From: an uncultured Pseudomonadota bacterium
GTDB lineage: Bacteria; Pseudomonadota; Alphaproteobacteria; RF32; CAG-239
NCBI GenBank assembly: GCA_902763535.1
Contig: CACWSG010000006.1
Location: 3,352 to 67,351, forward strand
Direction: 5' to 3'
Length of the DNA: 64,000 nt
In this document: piece by piece, positions 38,459 through 46,617 of the stretch
Layout: each line of letters begins with the position of its first letter
Numbering within the stretch: position 1 is the stretch's first letter
Notes under the pieces: generated by a model
The model's database searches: none
The model's input: the letters and a program-made list of their open reading frames with translations, nothing else
What the model was told of the DNA's origin: nothing
Position numbers and translations under genes: made by a program

Positions 38459-38842
38459 ATGTCAAAATGCAAAAACCCTAAATGCCATTGTGAAGATTGC
38501 CAATGCGGTGATGATTGCCATTGCGGCGAAAACGGTAATGAATGCTGCTGTGGTGATAAATGCCACTGCGCAAAACCTCACCTTGATCACAGTGAAAACA
38601 CCCCTCGCCTTAACCGCATCGCCGGTCAAATTGAAGGCATCAAAAAAATGATTAGCGAAGGACGCTATTGCATGGACATTATTATCCAACTGCATGCCGC
38701 CCGCTCGGCTATCAAAAGTGTGGAACGCAATATCTTAAAAAAGCACATTCAACATTGTGTTGCTTCCTCTTTTGCCTCAGAAAATGAACGCGAAGAAAAA
38801 ATTGATGAATTGGTAGCTTTGTTTGAACAAAATGATGACTAA
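38459..38842 (+). CDS. CsoR/RcnR-family metal-sensing repressor with a Cys/His-rich N-terminal extension
   Basis: Core RLNRIAGQIEGIKKMI..GRYCMDIIIQL...HIQHC (x-C-H-C fingerprint). The first 44 aa contain 14 Cys. Confidence 0.8.
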   Translation: MSKCKNPKCHCEDCQCGDDCHCGENGNECCCGDKCHCAKPHLDHSENTPRLNRIAGQIEGIKKMISEGRYCMDIIIQLHAARSAIKSVERNILKKHIQHCVASSFASENEREEKIDELVALFEQNDD

Positions 38843-38864
38843 TTGCTTTTTCTATTTTGTTTAA

Positions 38865-38906
38865 CAAAAAAATCCCCTTTGCCAAACTTTCAGCAAAGGG
38901 GATTTT
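38865..38906. terminator. Bidirectional terminator between the csoR-like gene and ppdK
   Basis: ATCCCCTTTGC-CAAACTTTCA-GCAAAGGGGAT flanked by A- and T-runs. Confidence 0.8.
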
Positions 38907-38926
38907 ATTATTCAAAAAGAGCTGAC

Positions 38927-41617
38927 TTAAGCTGACTTTTTGCAGCAGCAGTTAAACTCTTCTACTTTTTCGCCCTTGTGACGAACAGCAGCTTGAGCAG
39001 CAGCCAATCTTGCAACCGGAACTCTGAACGGTGAGCAAGATACATAGTTCATACCACAAGTCTGGAAGAAGTCGATAGATGCCGGATCGCCGCCATGCTC
39101 ACCGCATACACCCAACCAAATCTTCGGGTTGGATTGGCGAGCTTTGGTGCAAGCCATTCTTACCAACATACCAACACCTTCAACATCAATTGAGGCAAAC
39201 GGATCAGCTACATAAACACCTCTTGCACGGTATTCATCCAAAATAGCTCCGGTATCATCACGGCTCATACCCAAAGTAGTTTGAGTCAAGTCATTAGTAC
39301 CAAATCCGAAGAACTCGGCAGATTGAGCCAACTCGTCAGCTTTCAAAGCAGCACGCGGCAACTCAATCATTGAGCCGACTTGATATTCAACTCTCTTGCC
39401 TTTTTCAGCAAACAATTTCTCGGCTGTGGTATCGATAATGTTCTTAACAATATCCAACTCTTTCTTTGAACCTGTCAACGGAACTTCAATCTCCGGCATT
39501 ACTTTAATACCGGCGGCTTCACATTCCAAAGCGGCTTCCAAGATAGCAGTTGTTTGCATTTCGCAAATTTCCGGATAAGTAATCGGCAAACGGCATCCGC
39601 GATGACCCAACATCGGGTTGGCTTCATGCAGAGAGTTTGCTCTTTGTTTAACTTCATCCAAGCTCATACCCATTTTATCAGCCAATTCTTTCATCTCAGC
39701 CTCAGTATTGGGCAAAAATTCGTGCAAAGGAGGATCCAACAAACGAATAACAACCGGCAGACCATCCATAATCTTGAACAAGTCTTTGAAGTCTTGCTTC
39801 TGATAAGGCAACAATCTGGCCAAAGCGGCTCGACGACCGGCCTCATCTTTAGACAAGATCATGGCGCGCATATCAGAAATACGGTTAGCATCAAAGAACA
39901 TGTGCTCGGTTCTGGCCAAACCGATACCTTGAGCACCAAAGTCACGAGCTTGTTGAGCATCTTTCGGAGTTTCGGCATTGGCTCTGATTTCCAAAGTGCG
40001 CAATTCATCAACCCAAGACATCAATTTGCCGAAGTTACCGGTGTTGGTATCAGCTTTAACCGTCGGAACCTGACCTTCAATAATCTGGCCTTTACCACCG
40101 TCCAAAGATACCCAATCGCCTTCTTTAATAACCACACCTTTATCGGTGGTCATTGTCTTTTTGGCATAATCAATGTGAATCTCATGTGAACCGGATACGC
40201 AAGGAGTACCCATACCGCGAGCAACAACAGCGGCGTGTGAAGTCATACCGCCTCTTGCTGTAATCACACCTTGTGAAGCGTGCATACCGCCGATATCTTC
40301 AGGCGAAGTTTCGTTACGAATCAAGATAACTTTCTCGCCTTTGGCAGCCCAAGCTTCAGCGTCTTCAGCACAGAAAACAGCGCGACCTACGGCAGCACCG
40401 GGAGATGCCGGCAAACCGGTGGCAATAACATTTTTCTTAGCTTTAGGATCCAACATCGGGTGCAATAATTGATCCAATTGATCAGCACCAACGCGCATAA
40501 TGGCTTCTTCTTTGTTGAGCAAGCCTTCTTCAACCATCTCAACTGCCATTCTAACCGCAGCTTGAGCAGTGCGTTTACCGTTACGGCATTGCAACATCCA
40601 CAATTTGCCATGTTCGATGGTGAATTCCATATCTTGCATATCTTTGTAGTGGGCTTCCAATTTGTTGCGAACATCAACCAATTCTTTATAAAGATTCGGC
40701 CACAATTCTTCCAAAGAGTTGCCCTCACCTTTTGAGCCCATCGGTTGCGGAGTGCGAATACCGGCCACAACATCTTCACCTTGGGCATTTACCAAATATT
40801 CACCATAGTAAACATTCTCACCGGTAGCCGGATCACGCGAGAAGCAAACACCAGTTGCCGAATCATTGCCGGCATTACCAAATACCATGGTTTGAACATT
40901 AACGGCTGTACCCCAGTCACCAGGGATATTATTGAGCTTACGATAGGTGATGGCACGATCAACCATCCAAGAACCGAACACGGCACCGATACCGGCCCAC
41001 AATTGATCCCAAGGATCTTGCGGAACAACCTTGCCGATTTTCTCACCGATTGCTTTGTATTGGTTAACCAATTCCTTCAAATCATCTGCGGTCAAATCGG
41101 TATCTTGTTTATAACCATGAGCTTGTTTCATTTTCTCCAAAGCTTCTTCGTACAAATCCAAATCAGCACCCAAAACCACATCAGAGAACATTTGCAAGAA
41201 ACGACGATAGGAGTCATAAGCAAATCTCTCATTGCCGGAAGATTTGGCCAAAGCCTTAACTGTCTCATCATTTAAGCCCAAGTTCAAAACTGTGTCCATC
41301 ATACCCGGCATGGAAACGCGAGCGCCTGAACGCACCGAGAACAACAACGGATTGTTGGCATCGGCAAATTTTTTGCCCATAATTTTCTCAACACCGGCAA
41401 CCGCAGCTCTAACCTGATCTTTCAAATCATCAGGATAAGTCTTGTTGTTATTGTAGTAATATGTACAAACCTCGGTAGTAACAGTAAATCCGGGAGGAAC
41501 AGGAAGCCCAACCTTGTTCATCTCGGCCAAGTTGGCACCTTTTCCGCCCAACAGGTTGCGCATGGAAGCATCACCTTCGGCAGCACCGTTACCAAATGTA
41601 TAAACCCATTTACTCAT
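38927..41617 (-). CDS. ppdK: Pyruvate, phosphate dikinase
   Basis: GGMTSHAAVVARGMG phosphohistidine motif, GGKGANLAEM N-terminus, length 896 aa. Confidence 0.95.
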   Translation of the reverse strand: MSKWVYTFGNGAAEGDASMRNLLGGKGANLAEMNKVGLPVPPGFTVTTEVCTYYYNNNKTYPDDLKDQVRAAVAGVEKIMGKKFADANNPLLFSVRSGARVSMPGMMDTVLNLGLNDETVKALAKSSGNERFAYDSYRRFLQMFSDVVLGADLDLYEEALEKMKQAHGYKQDTDLTADDLKELVNQYKAIGEKIGKVVPQDPWDQLWAGIGAVFGSWMVDRAITYRKLNNIPGDWGTAVNVQTMVFGNAGNDSATGVCFSRDPATGENVYYGEYLVNAQGEDVVAGIRTPQPMGSKGEGNSLEELWPNLYKELVDVRNKLEAHYKDMQDMEFTIEHGKLWMLQCRNGKRTAQAAVRMAVEMVEEGLLNKEEAIMRVGADQLDQLLHPMLDPKAKKNVIATGLPASPGAAVGRAVFCAEDAEAWAAKGEKVILIRNETSPEDIGGMHASQGVITARGGMTSHAAVVARGMGTPCVSGSHEIHIDYAKKTMTTDKGVVIKEGDWVSLDGGKGQIIEGQVPTVKADTNTGNFGKLMSWVDELRTLEIRANAETPKDAQQARDFGAQGIGLARTEHMFFDANRISDMRAMILSKDEAGRRAALARLLPYQKQDFKDLFKIMDGLPVVIRLLDPPLHEFLPNTEAEMKELADKMGMSLDEVKQRANSLHEANPMLGHRGCRLPITYPEICEMQTTAILEAALECEAAGIKVMPEIEVPLTGSKKELDIVKNIIDTTAEKLFAEKGKRVEYQVGSMIELPRAALKADELAQSAEFFGFGTNDLTQTTLGMSRDDTGAILDEYRARGVYVADPFASIDVEGVGMLVRMACTKARQSNPKIWLGVCGEHGGDPASIDFFQTCGMNYVSCSPFRVPVARLAAAQAAVRHKGEKVEEFNCCCKKSA

Positions 41618-41777
41618 GGTAATATTAGCTCCTTTCGTAGCTTTTTTTTAGTTAATCCAAAATCTTAAGTTTTTAAATCTCAAGACAAACTTTATCGCCA
41701 TTAAACTATACCAGCTTTTGCGATTCTTCAAGCAAAATCTAAATTTTTATCAAAGACATTTTTAGGTGCCCCTAAAA

Positions 41778-41810
41778 CAAAAACCTGCTTTTTATCAAAG
41801 CAGGTTTTTG
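41778..41810. terminator. Hairpin terminator
   Basis: AAAAACCTGC-TTTTTATCAAA-GCAGGTTTTT. Confidence 0.7.
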
Positions 41811-41825
41811 TTTAGCTATTACAAA

Positions 41826-42509
41826 TCATTTTCTGCCGAAAAACTTTTCTTTTACCCTCTCTGCTGCAGCTACTTGTACTGCTTTGTCTTTTTCTTTTTT
41901 TCTGGCTTGTTTATCTGCATCTTTCTGTGCCCGTTTCTGATCACGTTCGCTAGCTTTTTGGACTTTTAAGTCATCTCGTTCTCGTTTATCCATCTCGGCA
42001 GCATATTTATTATATGCTTCTCTTTCTTCCGGCGTAACTATAACAAATTTATCAATAAAATAAGCAAGCTGCTTAGCTTTACCCTCTTTCATGCCACCAA
42101 CCTTGCCTAATTGATAACGAACACTGTTAATATTGTTGATATCAGTGTTATCATCCAATTTTATCCCCAAAATAGCATCTTTTCCCCAACCTACCTCACA
42201 CTTAGGAAACCTCTTATCTCCTCCACTAATATTATCACGTTTCTGTATTGTAAGAATCTCTACATCACTTGTATTATTATATACTACCGTAAAAGATACT
42301 TGATGTGAATCCGCTGTAGGATCGGTACATGGCTGACGTGGATCACCTAAATAAAACTGACGATGTTCTTCAAAAGTAACCTCCTTCTGAACACTATACT
42401 TATCAGTGCCATTTTTAATTGTTCTTCTATCACCATTTTCAGCAACAACTTTAGACATATTCACAACCAACGAATTTCTCATAGCATTAATTTTATCTTT
42501 CAAACTCAT
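41826..42509 (-). CDS. Hypothetical protein with a Lys/Glu-rich C-terminal tail
   Basis: ORF with its own terminator; no family recognised. Confidence 0.5.
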   Translation of the reverse strand: MSLKDKINAMRNSLVVNMSKVVAENGDRRTIKNGTDKYSVQKEVTFEEHRQFYLGDPRQPCTDPTADSHQVSFTVVYNNTSDVEILTIQKRDNISGGDKRFPKCEVGWGKDAILGIKLDDNTDINNINSVRYQLGKVGGMKEGKAKQLAYFIDKFVIVTPEEREAYNKYAAEMDKRERDDLKVQKASERDQKRAQKDADKQARKKEKDKAVQVAAAERVKEKFFGRK

Positions 42510-42700
42510 TGTCTTTCCCCTTATATATGTTCATACGATGTATTATCTTTATTATACCCCTACGTAGACAAAAGTCAAGTATTTTTGACAAAACACCGTG
42601 CTTTATCAATTACTATTTTTGCTAAGCAAATTTTTCTGCTTGCCAAAAGCATAAAAAGGTGTAACCTCTTGCACATTATAATTTGAAAGGGGCAAACATT

Positions 42701-43144
42701 ATGTTGCAATCAAATAAAATTTTTATCAAATGGGATGATTTTCATCAGGATGTCAAAGACTTATGCTCTCAAATCAAAGCATCGGGACAATATAACAAAA
42801 TTGTTGCTATTGCCCGTGGCGGATTAGTTCCTGCCGGCATTATCGCTTATGAATTAGGGATTCGCAACACCGCTGTTATCAACATTGCTACTTATGTCGG
42901 CTCCGAACACCTCAAATTAGATGAAGTTGACCGACCGGAATCTGTCGGCAAGGTTGATGAACATACCCTCATTATTGATGATTTGGCCGACCAAGGGCAA
43001 ACTTTTCGGGTTATGCGCCGCGCTTTTCCTAAAGGCAAATTTGTCACCGTCTATGTCAAACCCACCGGCAAAAAAGAGGCTGATCTTTATGCCCGCGAAC
43101 TGCCCGATCAATGGATTGTTTTTCCGTGGGATGTAGAGGAATAA
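42701..43144 (+). CDS. gpt: Xanthine-guanine phosphoribosyltransferase
   Basis: IVAIARGGLVPAGIIAYELGIR, IIDDLADQG and PWD C-terminus. ATG at 42701 behind GAAAGGGG. Confidence 0.88.
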   Translation: MLQSNKIFIKWDDFHQDVKDLCSQIKASGQYNKIVAIARGGLVPAGIIAYELGIRNTAVINIATYVGSEHLKLDEVDRPESVGKVDEHTLIIDDLADQGQTFRVMRRAFPKGKFVTVYVKPTGKKEADLYARELPDQWIVFPWDVEE

Positions 43145-43148
43145 ATCA

Positions 43149-43898
43149 ATTAGAAAACTTTTTTACTGTCTTAATTTAATTTTTCTTTGCGGTTGTACTG
43201 CTATTCAACCGCCGAAAGATTTTGTTTACAAAGAAACTGCAACTGACAGTTTCACTATTGCCTCATGGCAAAAAACAACCTCACACCACGCCCCATACAA
43301 GATATACATTGAGGGCGACGGATATGCTTTTAATTCACATGGCATCCCCACTTCTGACCCTACTCCCAAAGGCGAAATGATGAGAGAGTTGGCCTATAAT
43401 GACAGTTCGCCGAATGTAATATATTTGGCGCGTCCCTGCCAATATATAAAATCCTCATTCTGTTCGACCAAATATTGGACCACCGCGCGTTTTGCCCCTG
43501 AAGTCATCAAGGCAGAATATCAAACAATCCAAAAAATCACCGGCAATCGTCCTGTAATTTTAATCGGTTTCTCCGGTGGAGCTCAAATTGCCGAACTATT
43601 AGCCGCAACCACCAACCTCAATATCAAAAAAATTATCACCATTGCCGGCAATCTTGATCATGTCGCTTGGACCACTTATCACCGATTACCTCCTTTGAGC
43701 GATTCCCTCAATGCCGCAGATTATAAATCTCGCTTGGCAAATATCCCGCAAATTCACTATATCGGAACCGAAGACAAAATCATTCCACCTGAACTATCCC
43801 ACACCTTTGCAGACCACCACCGCTTTATCGAAGTACAAGGTGCCACCCACAATGACGGCTGGGATGTAATTTATCACCTCATCTGGCAAGAACAATAA
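43149..43898 (+). CDS. Alpha/beta-hydrolase lipoprotein, apparent ATT start
   Basis: The frame is open from 37 codons upstream of the first ATG (43377) and encodes IRKLFYCLNLIFLCGC, a lipobox-like signal. No ATG, GTG or TTG lies before the signal. GAGGA sits 8 nt before the ATT at 43149. GFSGG nucleophile elbow. Confidence 0.5.
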   Translation: MRKLFYCLNLIFLCGCTAIQPPKDFVYKETATDSFTIASWQKTTSHHAPYKIYIEGDGYAFNSHGIPTSDPTPKGEMMRELAYNDSSPNVIYLARPCQYIKSSFCSTKYWTTARFAPEVIKAEYQTIQKITGNRPVILIGFSGGAQIAELLAATTNLNIKKIITIAGNLDHVAWTTYHRLPPLSDSLNAADYKSRLANIPQIHYIGTEDKIIPPELSHTFADHHRFIEVQGATHNDGWDVIYHLIWQEQ

Positions 43899-43936
43899 TT
43901 ACTTTGGACAACTTATTACAAAATTTTTTTCAAAAA

Positions 43937-44059
43937 AATTCGGAAAATGGCTTGCATAGAGTAATTTAAAAGGCTCGAAAAATTTCTACGTAGATAAGCC
44001 TACATGAATTTTTCGAGCCGCATTAAATTGCTCTAGACGAGCCGTTATACGAGTTTTTT
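43937..44059. repeat. Long imperfect palindrome, copy 3 (~49-nt arms around a 22-nt centre TCTACGTAGATAAGCCTACATG)
   Basis: Arms AAATTCGGAAAATGGCTTGCATAGAGTAATTTAAAAGGCTCGAAAAATT / AATTTTTCGAGCCGCATTAAATTGCTCTAGACGAGCCGTTATACGAGTT. Ends 4 nt before the tsf stop. Confidence 0.7.
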
Positions 44060-44062
44060 AAG

Positions 44063-44989
44063 TTATTTGTTCAACTGAGCTGCTACTTCCGCTGCAAAAT
44101 CTTCTTCTTTCTTCTGCAAACCTTCGCCCAATTTGAAACGAACATAGTTAGTCAACTTAATTTCAGCACCCAACTCTTTTGCAGCATCAGCAATAACTTG
44201 CTTAACCTTCTTGTCAGGATCCATGATATAAGCTTGTTCTTCCAACACAACTTCGTCATAGAACTTGCGAACACGACCTTCAACCATCTTCTCAATGATG
44301 TTTTCCGGTTTGCCCGAAGCCTTTGCCTGCTCGGCAAAAATTGATTTTTCATGTTCAACGGCAGCCGGATCAACACCTGCAATATTCAAAGCAATCGGAG
44401 CTGCTGCTGCAATGTGCATGGCAATATGTTTGCCCAACTCAAGCAATTTGGCTTTATCGGCTTTGGATTCCAAAGCAACCAAAACACCAATTTTACCCAA
44501 ATTTTCACCACAGCAATTGTGCAAATAAGAGGCAACAACACCCTCATTAACTTGCACCATGGCGGCACGACGCAAATTCATATTTTCGCCAATCTTGGCA
44601 ATCATGTCGGTCAAGCGCTCTTCAAAAGTCTTGTTGCACTTGGGGCAGTGAAAAGTTTTCATATCACAAACTTCGCCCGAAGCCATCAAAGCAACTTTGG
44701 CAGCATCAGCGACATATTCTTGGAAAATTTCGTTTTTAGCAACAAAATCCGTTTCTGAGTTAACTTCGGCAATTGCACCTTTGTTGCCTTCAACATAAAT
44801 CGAAACCAAACCCTCGGCAGCAATGCGGCTGGCTTTTTTGGCAGCAGTTGCCAAACCTTTTTTACGCAACCAGTCAACCGCTTCTTCAAAATTGCCGTTG
44901 GTCTCAACAAGAGCCTTTTTGCAATCCAACATACCGGCGCTGGTGGCTTCTCTCAATTCTTTAACTAAAGCAGCAGTAATCTCTGTCAT
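44063..44989 (-). CDS. tsf: Translation elongation factor Ts
   Basis: ITAALVKELREATSAGMLDCKKAL N-terminus. rpsB-tsf synteny. Confidence 0.95.
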   Translation of the reverse strand: MTEITAALVKELREATSAGMLDCKKALVETNGNFEEAVDWLRKKGLATAAKKASRIAAEGLVSIYVEGNKGAIAEVNSETDFVAKNEIFQEYVADAAKVALMASGEVCDMKTFHCPKCNKTFEERLTDMIAKIGENMNLRRAAMVQVNEGVVASYLHNCCGENLGKIGVLVALESKADKAKLLELGKHIAMHIAAAAPIALNIAGVDPAAVEHEKSIFAEQAKASGKPENIIEKMVEGRVRKFYDEVVLEEQAYIMDPDKKVKQVIADAAKELGAEIKLTNYVRFKLGEGLQKKEEDFAAEVAAQLNK

Positions 44990-45074
44990 CTTTCATAAAC
45001 CCTTAAAAATTATTTCAAAACAGGGCGGCGCCGTAGAATCACACCGCCCGTATATTTGTTAAACAGCCGAAGAA

Positions 45075-45938
45075 CTACTCAGCTTTTGCAGCTTTTTTAG
45101 TAGTTTTCTTTACAGCTTTAGCAGGTTTTTCTTCTGCTTCAGCTTTTTCAGCCTTTGGGGCTCTCTTGCGAGTTGCCTTAGGAGCTTCTTTCTTTTCAGC
45201 GGCTATCTCTTCTACCATTTCCTCAACTTTAACACCTTGAGCAGCAATTTGTGCCTGCATACCGTCCAAAACCGAAGATGAAATCATCTCAGAATAAAAT
45301 TGGATGGCACGGATGGCATCATCATTACCGGGAACCGGCAAATCAACAGCCTCAGGATCAGAGTTGGTATCACAAATACCGATTACAGGAATACCCAACT
45401 TTTTAGCCTCTTTAATGGCCAAAGTTTCTTTGCAGGTATCAATAACAAACAACAAATCAGGCTGACCACCCATATTCATGATACCGCCCAATTCCAATTG
45501 CAGTTTTTCCTGCTCTTTTTTCATGCCTTGCAGCTCTTTTTTGGTGTAGCCTGAAACATCGCCTTTTTCAAACATCTCGTTCAATTTTACCAAACGAGAA
45601 ATTGATTTGTGAACGGTTTTCCAGTTGGTCAACATACCGCCCAACCAACGTTGGTTGACATAATATTGACCGCAACGCTCAGCATTTTCTTTAATGATAT
45701 CCTGAGCTTGACGCTTGGTTGCTACAAACAAAACTTTACCGCCTTGAGCTGCGATTTCTCTGGTCGTAGCCATTGCTTGATAGAGCATGGGATAAGTTTT
45801 CTGTAAATCAATAATGTGAATATTATCTCTTTTGCCATAGATATAAGCAGCCATTTTCGGATTCCAACGACGAGCGTGGTGACCAAAGTGAACGCCGGCT
45901 TCAATCATCTGGCGCAAAGTAAATTTAGGAAGAGTCAT
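45075..45938 (-). CDS. rpsB: 30S ribosomal protein S2 with a Lys/Ala/Glu-rich C-terminal extension
   Basis: MIEAGVHFGH...RWNPKM motif. ~45-aa low-complexity tail. Confidence 0.95.
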   Translation of the reverse strand: MTLPKFTLRQMIEAGVHFGHHARRWNPKMAAYIYGKRDNIHIIDLQKTYPMLYQAMATTREIAAQGGKVLFVATKRQAQDIIKENAERCGQYYVNQRWLGGMLTNWKTVHKSISRLVKLNEMFEKGDVSGYTKKELQGMKKEQEKLQLELGGIMNMGGQPDLLFVIDTCKETLAIKEAKKLGIPVIGICDTNSDPEAVDLPVPGNDDAIRAIQFYSEMISSSVLDGMQAQIAAQGVKVEEMVEEIAAEKKEAPKATRKRAPKAEKAEAEEKPAKAVKKTTKKAAKAE

Positions 45939-46167
45939 ATTTTATATCCTTCTTTTTTCGGTTAAACCTCCGCGGATTCTGCTACAAACTTGAAGTTCCA
46001 AGCACCGAAACGAAATCAAGATAACACACCTCAATCCCGCTAAAAACCCGCGTGTGAATTAATGTTAAATGAAAATCTTTATCGATTCTCAAGCGTCTTT
46101 TTAAACACAAATTATTATAATTGCAAGAGTTTTTTATATCATAACTAAAATATTTTATATGTTTTTG

Positions 46168-46196
46168 TTGTAACAACTCAATATTTATGCTATAAT
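46168..46196 (+). promoter_or_regulatory. Sigma70-like promoter for the 46229-48552 gene pair
   Basis: TTGTAA, a 17-nt spacer, then TATAAT (46191-46196). Confidence 0.5.
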
Positions 46197-46228
46197 TTTA
46201 TCAAATAAACACTTAAGGGAGACCAATC

Positions 46229-46600
46229 TTGTCCGGCGGTCATTTTGATTATATATCTTACGTCAATTACCATATTGAGGCATATAACGATAAATATCAC
46301 AAAAATAAGCCTTATGCTATTGGTTTTGAGCGAGATAGAGAGCATAAAAATCAAGTTAGATTTTTTGATAAAGACGGTGAAACCGTTTGGTTACCTGACA
46401 AATTATATAAATCTTTAAATAGTTCCTTGATAGAGGGGGACCTTTTAAAAAAAGGACGCTACATATCTGAGTATTACAGACAAATTGCCACTGGCAAATA
46501 CACTGATGCAACTTTGTTTGTGCGACAAAAATTAAAAGAATTCAAAAAGAAAACATTCAAATGCTTAGCCAATTTATTTAACAGTAAAAAAACAAGATGA
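46229..46600 (+). CDS. Hypothetical small basic protein (TTG start)
   Basis: GGGAG RBS 7 nt upstream; no family recognised. Confidence 0.45.
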   Translation: MSGGHFDYISYVNYHIEAYNDKYHKNKPYAIGFERDREHKNQVRFFDKDGETVWLPDKLYKSLNSSLIEGDLLKKGRYISEYYRQIATGKYTDATLFVRQKLKEFKKKTFKCLANLFNSKKTR

Positions 46601-46617
46601 CATAAACCGGTGAAATT

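Noticed and set aside
39396-41417. Several 60-211-aa ORFs on both strands inside ppdK (for example 39554-40189, 40745-41275, 40387-40788)
   Set aside because: They are shadow ORFs of a long, strongly conserved gene. They have low-complexity translations and no RBS.
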